Source of the DNA: Macrostomum lignano
Lineage: Eukaryota
NCBI GenBank assembly: GCA_002269645.1
Contig: NIVC01002299.1
Span: 62,001 to 126,000 of the forward strand
Direction: 5' to 3'
Length of the DNA stretch: 64,000 nt
Shown here: positions 46,590 through 64,000 of the stretch, one piece after another
Layout of the letters: the number at the start of each line of letters is the position of its first letter
How positions within the stretch are numbered: position 1 is the first letter of the stretch
Made by a program: the position numbers and the translations under genes
The notes under the pieces: generated by a model
What the model was told of the DNA's origin: nothing
Databases searched by the model: none
The model's input: the letters and a program-made list of their open reading frames with translations, nothing else

Positions 46590-47792
46590 ACCGATGGGAC
46601 AAGCTAGTCCAACCGTATCAAATTGGTGAACAGATGGGACAAGCTAGTCCAACCGTATCAAATTGGTGAACAGATGGGACAAGCTAGTCCAACCGTGTCA
46701 AATTGGTGAACAGATGGGACAAGCTAGTCCAACCGTGTCAAATTGGTGAACAGATGGGACAAGCTAGTCCAACCGTATCAAATTGGTGAACAGATGGGAC
46801 AAGCTAGTCAAACCGTGTCAAATTGGTGAACAGTGACTCCGATGGGACAAGCTAGTCAAACCGTATCAAATTGGTGAACAGATGGGACAAGCTAGTCCAA
46901 CCGTGTCAAATTGGTGAACAGATGGGACAAGCTAGTCCAACCGTGTCAAATTGGTGAACAGATGGGACAAGCTAGTCCAACCGTGTCAAATTGGTGAACA
47001 GGTGGGACAAGCTAGTCCAACCGTGTCAAATTGGTGAACAGATGGGACAAGCTAGTCCAACCGTGTCAAATTGGTGAACAGATGGGACAAGCTAGTCCAA
47101 CCGTGTCAAATTGGTGAACAGATGGGACAAGCTAGTCCAACCGTATCAAATTGGTGAACAGATGGGACAAGCTAGTCCAACCGTATCAAATTGGTGAACA
47201 GATGGGACAAGCTAGTCCAACCGTGTCAAATTGGTGAACAGATGGGACAAGCTAGTCCAACCGTATCAAATTGGTGAACAGATGGGACAAGCTAGTCCAA
47301 CCGTGTCAAATTGGTGAACAGATGGGACAAGCTAGTCCAACCATGTCAAATTGGTGAACAGATGGGACAAGCTAGTCCAACCGTGTCAAATTGGTGAACA
47401 GATGGGACAAGCTAGTCCAACCGTATCAAATTGGTGAACAGATGGGACAAGCTAGTCAAACCGTGTCAAATTGGTGAACAGATGGGACAAGCTAGTCAAA
47501 CCGTGTCAAATTGGTGAACAGTGACTCCGATGGGACAAGCTAGTCAAACCGTATCAAATTGGTGAACAGATGGGACAAGCTAGTCCAACCGTATCAAATT
47601 GGTGAACAGATGGGACAAGCTAGTCCAACCGTATCAAATTGGTGAACAGATGGGACAAGCTAGTCCAACCGTGTCAAATTGGTGAACAGATGGGACAAGC
47701 TAGTCCAACCGTATCAAATTGGTGAACAGATGGGACAAGCTAGTCCAACCGTATCAAATTGGTGAACAGATGGGACAAGCTAGTCCAACCGA
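46590..47792. repeat. 40-bp minisatellite gatgggacaagctagtccaaccgtgtcaaattggtgaaca
   Basis: About 29 near-identical copies; no spacers. Confidence 0.95.
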
Positions 47793-49544
47793 AGATTAAT
47801 TAATCTTCTACAATGTCGAAGACTAGGCTAGCAAGCAAAAATTACAGATCTTATACCCTCTCCTAGTAAAAATGATAAATTTATTGTAAAAACGGGAATT
47901 CCAATCTTGCGATACGTTTTGAAACGAAAAATCTGAAATTTTTGGTCATTATAGGAAAAAAACGATTTAACTTGAAGCAAGAACTGCAGAACTCTCAGGA
48001 ATTTTCGAGCGGTCATTTGCTTCAAATCATAAAATCGGTGAGCCAGAAAACTAGGATTGTAACTAAATCTGGACATCTATGATTTTGCAATTTAAATTCG
48101 AGCCATTAGGACAAGACACAGGGACAAAGCAGGTCACATCATCCGCGCCGAGTCGTACTGCCTACAGCTGGTGCAGGAGCTGCTGTAAGAGTTCAACGTT
48201 GGAGACTCAACTGAATTTAACTGAAGAATCAACAGCGTCCACGAAGGTCGAGACATTCAGCAATCCCCTTGAAGTGGTCAGATATTCAGTGCTCTTCGAA
48301 GTGACAAAAAGTGTCAAGAAAGGTGCTATCCACAATATTCTAGCTTTATATAGCAAATTTCGATCCCAAGAGCCTAAAAAGGGGTTTGAATTCATAGAAG
48401 AGGAAGTCTGAGAGAAGTTGCTGTCTGACTTTTCAATGTTGCCGAGTATATTACAATGAAAAATGGTCAAAGAAGTCCAGGCTCACGGGGGGGGGGAATA
48501 GCTAAGACATAAAACGTCAAATATAAAAGAAGCGTCATATCAGACATAAAAGGAGCGTCATGTCGAACATAGAAGATTCATTCAAGAATTGCTACAATGT
48601 CAAGGCTTGGAGAATCGCTTTAATGCTGTGACTCTTGGGGAGAATCGCTGAGATACCAAGGCTGAGGTCAGAAACTACATGTAGTTTACTAAAAAATTGT
48701 ATTCCATAACTTGTTGGCTCCCCAACGGGGGTGCTGATTGCTATAGTTTCAACCTACAAATGAAGGCATCCTGTTTTAGGTAAGAACAAGAATCTCAGTC
48801 TCTCAGTTCCCAGGCACTCCGAACGAATAGCAACGAACGAAAATGGCAAGCAGTGCAAACAGGCCAGGGCGTTTGGCTGTACTGACACAGACATGCGACA
48901 GCAGCAGCACTGCCCCCACTCCAGCAATCTGTCAATCAAACTTGTGTGCTCATGCACACTGGCGCAGAGACAGAACAACAATGAACTCATGGACTGAGTT
49001 ATATTCGAATAAAGGAACGCCGCGCCCTGAGGTTTAACCTGCTTTTATGCCGAGGGCATTTCCGCGCGAGAAATACAGCAGCGGGCTTTGAGTAGCATGT
49101 TAGGGCCGTATCAAAGATCCCTGAATTTTCTTCACTTCCCCCAGTGAGAATTGCCCCATGAGAAGCGCGCACTTTCATAAGCGCATACCTGGGCATAAAC
49201 GCGCACCGTTACTAAGAAGTTGCACAGAACGCACGAAACGAAAGTACATAGCATGTAGTCTTAAGAGCCTCCTAACAGTACATACAAGGTACGCGTGGCA
49301 CTAAATGAAAATTTGCACCAACTCCAGTTGGGGTTGAGCGATTGGATTACTAACTAGACTACAAGCTAGACACAGAGCAGATTCAACCACTAGAGTTCCT
49401 CACAGCCTGACATGTCATACGAGCGTATTACTGACGCAATCGTGCGTTAGCTGGCCAACTTTCAATCAAATTTTTAGCATTATGCCGCAAAACAAATATG
49501 AATTTCCCTAAATTAAATTTCCCTCCACGGAAATTTCCTTACCC

Positions 49545-49725
49545 TTGAGAATCTCCCTCCACAGAATTCCCTTCACCCCCTGGGCATCTCCCTCCACAGA
49601 ATTCCTCTTACCCCTGGGCATCTCCCTCCACAGAATTCCCCTCACCCCGTGGGCATCTCCCTCCACAGAATTCCCCTCACCCCGTGGGCATCTCCCTCCA
49701 CAGAATTCCCCTTACCCCCTGAGAA
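49545..49725. repeat. ~35-bp repeat gggcatctccctccacagaattcc
   Basis: About 5 copies. Confidence 0.8.
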
Positions 49726-50219
49726 TCTTCCTTCAAGCTCAAAGCCCAAGTTTTTCTGCAAACTTAGTATTAGCATGCCCAGTAACTACCTGGCTATTTC
49801 CAACTTCATTATCTCTCAAAAGCATAAGCCCAGTCTCAATAGAAATTATAGAGGCTGGCTACCGTGCAGCTCTCATACAGAAGACGCTTACCGAACCGAC
49901 TGAGCTACTGGCAGTTTGCCGCGGTTCATTTTCCAACAAAAGCATTCCACTCAATTCTTGTAACCTTAAGAGAGAGAGAGAGAGAGAGGGGGAATGAAGA
50001 TACCTGTTCTGCAACTGGCGAACATAACAAGTTGGAGCAGCTGCCGATGAAAAGAGAGTGCTAGAGGCCTTGGGTATCTCTCAGCCTCAGTGCTTTTTTC
50101 ACAGTAGGCGCGTTTAACTATATACAGCACTGCGAAACAGTGTTGGCTATGACTGAATGAGAAAAAATAATAATTAAAAGGTGAAACCTTATCTTATCAG
50201 AGGTATTGGAAGTATAGAA

Positions 50220-52110
50220 GGAATCGGGAGTAGCGGCCCTCATCAAAGGAATCAGTAGTAGCGGCCCTCAAAGGAATCGGGAGTAGCGGCCCTCAAAGGA
50301 ATCGGGAGTAGCGGGCCACATCAAAGGAATCAGTAGTAGCGGCCCTCAAAGGAATCGGGAGTAGCGGCCCTCAAAGGAATCGGGAGTAGCGGCCCTCAAA
50401 GGAATCGGGAGTAGCGGCCCTCAAAGGAATCGGGAGTAGCGGCCCTCAAAGGAATCGGGAGTAGCGGCCCTCAAAGGAATCGGGAGTAGCGGCCCTCAAA
50501 GGAATCGGGAGTAGCGGCCCTCAAAGGAATCGGGAGTAGCGGGCCACATCAAAGGAATCAGTAGTAGCGGCCCTCAAAGGAATCGGGAGTAGCGGCCCTC
50601 AAAGGAATCGGGAGTAGCGGCCCTCAAAGGAATCGGGAGTAGCGGCCCTCAAAGGAATCGGGAGTAGCGGCCCTCAAAGGAATCGGGAGTAGCGGGCCAC
50701 ATCAAAGGAATCAGTAGTAGCGGCCCTCAAAGGAATCGGGAGTAGCGGCCCTCAAAGGAATCGGGAGTAGCGGCCCTCAAAGGAATCGGGAGTAGCGGGC
50801 CACATCAAAGGAATCAGTAGTAGCGGCCCTCAAAGGAATCGGGAGTAGCGGCCCTCAAAGGAATCGGGAGTAGCGGCCCTCAAAGGAATCGGGAGTAGCG
50901 GCCCTCAAAGGAATCGGGAGTAGCGGCCCTCAAAGGAATCGGGAGTAGCGGCCCTCAAAGGAATCGGGAGTAGCGGCCCTCAAAGGAATCGGGAGTAGCG
51001 GCCCTCAAAGGAATCGGGAGTAGCGGGCCACATCAAAGGAATCAGTAGTAGCGGCCCTCAAAGGAATCGGGAGTAGCGGCCCTCAAAGGAATCGGGAGTA
51101 GCGGCCCTCAAAGGAATCGGGAGTAGCGGCCCTCAAAGGAATCGGGAGTAGCGGGCCACATCAAAGGAATCAGTAGTAGCGGCCCTCAAAGGAATCGGGA
51201 GTAGCGGCCCTCAAAGGAATCGGGAGTAGCGGCCCTCAAAGGAATCGGGAGTAGCGGCCCTCAAAGGAATCGGGAGTAGCGGCCCTCAAAGGAATCGGGA
51301 GTAGCGGCCCTCAAAGGAATCGGGAGTAGCGGCCCTCAAAGGAATCGGGAGTAGCGGGCCACATCAAAAAGGAATCAGTAGTAGCGGCCCTCAAAGGAAT
51401 CGGGAGTAGCGGGCCACATCAAAGGAATCAGTAGTAGCGGCCCTCAAAGGAATCGGGAGTAGCGGCCCTCAAAGGAATCGGGAGTAGCGGCCCTCAAAGG
51501 AATCGGGAGTAGCGGCCCTCAAAGGAATCGGGAGTAGCGGCCCTCAAAGGAATCGGGAGTAGCGGCCCTCAAAGGAATCGGGAGTAGCGGCCCTCAAAGG
51601 AATCGGGAGTAGCGGCCCTCAAAGGAATCGGGAGTAGCGGCCCTCAAAGGAATCGGGAGTAGCGGCCCTCAAAGGAATCGGGAGTAGCGGGCCACATCAA
51701 AGGAATCAGTAGTAGCGGCCCTCAAAGGAATCGGGAGTAGCGGGCCACATCAAAGGAATCAGTAGTAGCGGCCCTCAAAGGAATCGGGAGTAGCGGGCCA
51801 CATCAAAGGAATCAGTAGTAGCGGCCCTCAAAGGAATCGGGAGTAGCGGCCCTCAAAGGAATCGGGAGTAGCGGGCCACATCAAAGGAATCAGTAGTAGC
51901 GGCCCTCAAAGGAATCGGGAGTAGCGGGCCACATCAAAGGAATCAGTAGTAGCGGCCCTCAAAGGAATCGGGAGTAGCGGCCCTCAAAGGAATCGGGAGT
52001 AGCGGCCCTCAAAGGAATCGGGAGTAGCGGGCCACATCAAAGGGATCAGTAGTAGCGGCCCTCATCAAAGGAATCGAGAGTAGTGGGCCACATCAAAGGC
52101 ATCGGGAGTA
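50220..52110. repeat. 25/28-bp minisatellite ggaatcgggagtagcggccctcaaa with a linked variant doublet
   Basis: About 73 units. Confidence 0.95.
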
Positions 52111-53060
52111 GCGCCAATTAAATTTGTGAGCTCAATTGAGCTAAATAACGTTTATAGAATGGAAGAAAATTATGAAAATAATTTATTGAACACTATCTAA
52201 TACAAATCGCTGGGATAAAAACATGTTAGACCGACAGTTTTCCATGAAAGCATTGATTGGGACTGACTGAGCAGAATTTGAATCAGCCATCGGGTTATGG
52301 AAAGGCCATGACTGCAATCAACCATAACTACTATATAAATAGACAATGCCAAGCGTGTGAATGGGTATCAGGGAGATGACGGGTGGGCATAAAATTATGA
52401 ATAAATAAATCCATTGTTTAGCAATTTGACGATCATTATTCACATTTTTAATGCAGAACAATCCATTACTACAAACAATGCATACTACAAACAATCAAAC
52501 AGAGAAACAATGCAAAGAATCAGCGGTCGCAGCACGTGACAACAATTTGTCTATGGCTCGCGCCTACCGGCGCTCGTCAGACAATCGTTGTCACGCACTG
52601 GGACCGCTGATTATTTATCCATTGACTGATTGAGGGTTTATTTTTGACATGAATGCGTTGGTGCTGCGAGATTCTATGGCTACTATTTCTGTAGTGAGAT
52701 TCTCATGAGAAAGATCGTATATAAGGTGAGATTCTCACCGGGAAGATCTTTTCTGTCGTGGGATTCTCATGGATAAAAGTCTAAGCTGAGATGGAATGCA
52801 AGGAAGCCACCACAAGGGCAGACAGCTGTTTTAACAGGCAAAATAAACAATGGAAAGAAACAACAAATAACCGGTGAGCAATTAAAAAACGTTTGCAATT
52901 GAAAAAGTTTTGAGGAGTAACAAGGTAGATGACGAATATTTTCCGGCTTGATTCGATCCGACAAAATGTTGAATGTTCCGAGTCAGGAAGGCATATAAAG
53001 TTTCTTGGAAACACACAGGCCAGCTACAGGTCAACAAATTTAGTAAGATCTTTCAGTACT

Positions 53061-59080
<6,020 letters not shown>

Positions 59081-59404
59081 AAATTTTAGCGTAATAAATA
59101 GTGTGCAGTAAAAGTTTTACTGAAGCAAGTAAAGCAAGAGAATAATGATAAAAGATGTCTCAAAGAACCGAGGATGAAAATTGTTTAAAGCACAGTCTGC
59201 ACCTGGCTCGCACTGATTATGCAATCGCAATAACCGAGTCCCTCAAGTTCGAATGCCGTCACAGCAGGCCGTTCTAACGCACTTTGAGTCCGTGACTACG
59301 TCAGAGGCACTTTCTTGGCCTGGTATACTCATTTGCGTGCACCCAGTGACAGCTGGCCCCCACGTTGGGACGGAGCAAAGAAGCTAAAAATCTTGATGAG
59401 TGAT

Positions 59405-60890
59405 TGGCGCCACTTAGTTTGAATAGGCGCCACTTAGTTTGAATAGGCGCCACATAGTTTGAATAGACGCCACATAGTTTAAATAGACGCCACATAGTTT
59501 GAATAGGCGCCACATAGTTTGAATAGGCGCCACATAGTTTGAATAGACGCCACTTAGTTTGAATAGGCGCCACATAGTTTGAATAGGCGCCACATAGTTT
59601 GAATAGGCGCCACATAGTTTGAATAGACGCCACTTAGTTTGAATAGGCGCCACATAGTTTGAATAGGCGCCACATAGTTTGAATAGGCGCCACATAGTTT
59701 GAATAGGCGCCACTTAGTTTGAATAGGCGCCACTTAGTTTGAATAGGCGCCACTTAGTCTGAATAGGCGCCACATAGTTTTAATAGGCGCCACATAGTTT
59801 GAATAGGCGCCACTTAGTTTGAATAGGCGCCACTTAGTTTGAATAGGCGCCACTTAGTTTGAATTGACGCCACATAGTTTGAATAGGCGCCATTTAGTTT
59901 GAATAGGCGCCACTTAGTTTGAATAGGCGCCACATAGTTTGAATAGGCGCCACATAGTTTGAATAGGCGCCACATAGTTTGAATAGGCGCCACATAGTTT
60001 GAATTGACGCCACATAGTTTGAATAGACGCCACTTAGTTTGAATAGGCGCCACTTAGTTTGAATTGGCGCCACTTAGTTTGAATAGGCGCCACATAGTTT
60101 GAATAGGCGCCATTTAGTTTGAATAGGCGCCACTTAGTTTGAATAGGCGCCACATAGTTTGAATAGGCGCCACATAGTTTGAATAGGCGCCACATAGTTT
60201 GAATAGGCGCCACATAGTTTGAAGCGCCACATAGTTTGAATAGGCGCCACATAGTTTGAATAGGCGCCACTTAGTTTGAATAGGCGCCACTTAGTTTGAA
60301 TAGGCGCCACTTAGTTTGAATTGACGCCACATAGTTTGAATAGGCGCCACTTAGTTTGAATAGGCGCCACTTAGTTTGAATTGACGCCACATAGTTTGAA
60401 TAGGCGCCACTTAGTTTGAATAGGCGCCACTTAGTTTGAATAGGCGCCACTTAGTTTAAATAGACGCCACATAGTTTGAATAGGCGCCACATAGTTTGAA
60501 TAGGCGCCACATAGTTTGAATAGGCGCCACATAGTTTGAATAGGCGCCACATAGTTTGAATAGGCGCCACATAGTTTGAATAGGCGCCACATAGTTTGAA
60601 TAGGCGCCACTTAGTTTGAATAGGCGCCACTTAGTTTAAATAGACGCCACATAGTTTGAATAGGCGCCACATAGTTTGAATAGGCGCCACATAGTTTGAA
60701 TAGGCGCCACATAGTTTGAATAGGCGCCACATAGTTTGAATAGGCGCCACATAGTTTGAATAGGCGCCACATAGTTTGAATAGGCGCCACTTAGTTTGAA
60801 ACAGTGCCACTTGGCCTTAGAAAGCACTAGTGTAGTTTGAGGAGGCCCCACCTAGTTTGAATACGCGCCATTTAGTTTGAATAGGCGACA
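59405..60890. repeat. 20-bp minisatellite ggcgccacatagtttgaata
   Basis: About 73 copies. Confidence 0.95.
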
Positions 60891-61669
60891 TTTAATTGTC
60901 ATGCTTTTTAAAAAAGCAAATATATTTTCCAGCCAATCAGACCTTTCTCCACATGCAGTAACCAGCAAGCAATGTTTTTTATTATTGTCTGACTCCAGAA
61001 GTCACCCCTTGAGTAGCTAATTTATAAAACAATAATTTTTAGCACTAGCAGCAGTTGCTCAGACCAGCTTACCTAAGCTCAGTGTTACTGAGCCATGAGG
61101 GGGAGTTGCAATGCTTAGCCGCCAGCCAGAGGAAGGGCGCGCGTGACAATACAGGCAGACTATAAAAAATCAATAGATTAGTTTAGCCTGTCAGGACCGT
61201 ATAGTCGAGTGAGCTGCCTCAACTCGGAACGGAGTCACGCAGGAGGGGGGTTGCTCAGCACGTGTCGATTTGGGGGTCCACACGCTAGCAAGGGTGCTTC
61301 GGCATGGAGCTGTTCTAGAGTTGTAAATCTTTACTGAAATCGAAAAAAAATAATTCCAGCAGTGAAGTAGCTCAGAGAATCGATTGAAATTAGAGAAACA
61401 TAATCATTTTTTGCATTCGAGTGCACTTCGCATTGGGTTTGGGACCGAATGTTTCATAGCAACAGAATATTTTAGAAATATGAGTTCATTTTCGACCATT
61501 TGATTGACAGCTTAACGAGAGTTGACAGATTTTTAACGATAATTAGCACAGGTGTTGACTAGGCTGCCATAGGTGCCAACTTGGAGTCATGTTGCTACAA
61601 CTGAGCCACTGAATGGGGTCTCGATCCCAATTGGTTTTAATTAGATTGGATTTCAGTAACTACATTCCA

Positions 61670-62510
61670 AAAGATCTAACTAATATCGATCAGCTCAAAC
61701 TCCAATAGATCAATTATCGATCAGCTCAAACTCAAATAAATCAAATATCCATCAGCTCAAACTCCAATAGATCAAATATCGATCAGCTCAAACTCCAATA
61801 GATCAATTATCGATCAGCTCAAACTCAAATAAATCAAATATCGATCAGCTCAAACTCCAATATCGATCAGCTCTAACGCTTATATAGTTCAAATAATAGA
61901 ATAAATATCGATCAGCTCAAACTCCAATAGATCAAATATCGATCAGCTCAAACTCCAATAGATCAAATATCGATCAGCTCAAACTCAAATAGATGAAATA
62001 TCGATCAGCTTAAACTCCAATAGATCAAACATCGATCAGCTCAAACTCAAATGTCGATCAGCTCAAGCTCCAATAGATCAAATATCGATCAGCACAAACT
62101 CCAATAGATCAAATATCGATCAGCTCAAACTCCAATATCGATCAGCTCAAACTCAAATATCGATCAGCTCAAACTCCAATATCGATCAGCTCAAACTCAA
62201 ATATCGATCAGCTCAAACTCCAATAGATCAAATATCGATCAGCTCAAACTCAAATATCGATCAGCTCAAACTCAAATATCGATCAGCTCAAACTCCAATA
62301 GATCAAATATCCATCAGCTCAAACTCCAATAGATCAATTATCGATGAGCTCAAACTCAAATAAATCAAATATCGATCAGCTCAAACTCCAATAGATCAAA
62401 TATCGATCAGCTCAAACTCTAATATCGATCAGCTCAAACTCCAATAGATCAAATAACGATCAGCTCAAAATCAGATATCGATCAGCTCAAACTCGAATAG
62501 ATGAAATAAT
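61670..62510. repeat. 22/31-bp minisatellite atatcgatcagctcaaactccaatagatcaa
   Basis: Variable-length units. Confidence 0.9.
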
Positions 62511-62837
62511 TATCAATTATAAAACCCATTACACTTGCAGACCTTACACACTCCATGCAAAGCAGATCAAGAGCTTACCCTATAAGCCAATATGCCGAGT
62601 CACCGAAGTTCGCAATAGCAGATCTGCACAGTTGGCGCCGGTCACAGTCTGGCCATTCTCAGCTGCTAGCTTAATAATTTATGCATGCGGTAGGGCTCAA
62701 TGCTTGCAACAAAAATAATCACAGGAGCAGCCAGCCAGCTGGGCCAGAAAGGCGCGACAGGCCAGTTGAAACAAATTTTAATTGCCGAAGCCGCGGACCC
62801 ACATAATTGGGCGGCGCGTCACCCAATACTGTGTGCT

Positions 62838-64000
62838 GCAGTAAACTACCACAATGGGAGCATTACCCTCTCTGCTGCTGTGAACTACCACAATGGGAGC
62901 ATTACCCTCTCTGCTGCTGTGAACTACCACAATGGGAGCATTACCCTCTCTGCTGCTGTGAACTACCACAATGAGAGCATTACCCTCTCTGCTGCTGTGA
63001 ACTACCACAATGGGAGCATTACCCTCTCTGCTGCTGTGAACTACCACAATGGGAGCATTACCCTCTCTGCTGCTGTGAACTACCACAATGGGAGCATTAC
63101 CCTCTCTGCTGCTGTGAACTACCACAATGGGAGCATTACCCTCTCTGCTGCTGTAAACTACCACAATGGGAGCATTACCCTCTCTGCTGCTGTAAACTAC
63201 CACAATGGGAGCATTACCCTCTCTGCTGCTGTGAACTACCACAATGGGAGCATTACCCTCTCTGCTGCTGTAAACTACCACAATGGGAGCATTACCCTCT
63301 CTGCTGCTGTAAACTACCACAATGGGAGCATTACCCTCTCTGCTGCTGTAAACTACCACAATGGGAGCATTACCCTCTCTGCTGCTGTAAACTACCACAA
63401 TGAGAGCATTACCCTCTCTGCTGCTGTAAACTACCACAATGGGAGCATTACCCTCTCTGCTGCTGTAAACTACCACAATGGGAGCATTACCCTCTCTGCT
63501 GCTGTAAACTACCACAATGGGAGCATTACCCTCTCTGCTGCTGTAAACTACCACAATGGGAGCATTACCCTCTCTGCTGCTGTAAACTAACACAATGGGA
63601 GCATTACCCTCTTTGCTGCTGTGAACTACCACAATGGGAGCATTACCCTCTTTGCTGCTGTGAACTACCACAATGGGAGCATTACCCTCTCTGCTGCTGT
63701 AAACTACCACAATGGGAGCATTACCCTCTCTGCTGCTGTAAACTACCACAATGGGAGCATTACCCTCTCTGCTGCTGTAAACTACCACAATGGGAGCATT
63801 ACCCTCTCTGCTGCTGTAAACTACCACAATGGGAGCATTACCCTCTTTGCTGCTGTGAACTACCACAATGGGAGCATTACCCTCTTTGCTGCTGTGAACT
63901 ACCACAATGGGAGCATTACCCTCTTTGCTGCTGTGAACTACCACAATGGGAGCATTACCCTCTCTGCTGCTGTAAACTACCACAATGGGAGCATTACCCT
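62838..64000. repeat. 39-bp minisatellite gtgaactaccacaatgggagcattaccctctctgctgct (runs off the window)
   Basis: About 30 near-identical copies. Confidence 0.95.

Noticed and set aside
46590-47792. CRISPR-like 40-bp repeats
   Set aside because: Head-to-tail with no unique spacers; eukaryotic context; no cas genes
48079-50064. Short ORFs upstream of ITPR
   Set aside because: No recognisable domain, splice-consistent chain or TE signature
61080-61350. GC-rich stretch after a TATA-like motif as a possible ncRNA
   Set aside because: No match by eye to snRNA, SRP or RNase P/MRP hallmarks; an Rfam search would be needed
62700-63983. 296-aa and 401-aa ORFs with 13-aa repeats (SAAVNYHNGSITL)
   Set aside because: Translations of a 39-bp minisatellite; units are identical at synonymous sites, open on both strands, and one unit variant introduces a TAA

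Overview
Eukaryotic (metazoan) genomic DNA: GC-rich spliced exons separated by introns filled with tandem repeats. This style suggests the flatworm Macrostomum lignano, but that is an inference only. The main feature is a complete minus-strand gene of about 42 kb (CDS 45917->3539) for a divergent inositol 1,4,5-trisphosphate receptor (ITPR/IP3R)-like channel. I reconstructed 46 coding exons by hand with consistent GT-AG phases, giving about 2786 aa once a single 1-nt frameshift in exon 19 is corrected. A second minus-strand gene (59080->53061, 6-7 exons) encodes an orphan protein with a signal peptide, many Cys and N-glycosylation sites, and a probable GPI anchor. A 240-codon same-strand ORF lies inside an ITPR intron. 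About 38 different micro/minisatellite arrays cover roughly one third of the window; most long ORFs in the supplied track are translations of these repeats. There are also several MITE-like elements and an RFX X-box promoter cluster near 1.6-1.8 kb. Most notable: (i) an inverted pair of the same satellite brackets ITPR exon 38; (ii) intronic arrays appear to have grown from splice-signal sequences, including a tandemly amplified 5' splice site; (iii) the IP3-binding site and selectivity filter are non-canonical. All coordinates and alignments were derived by eye; repeat boundaries are approximate.
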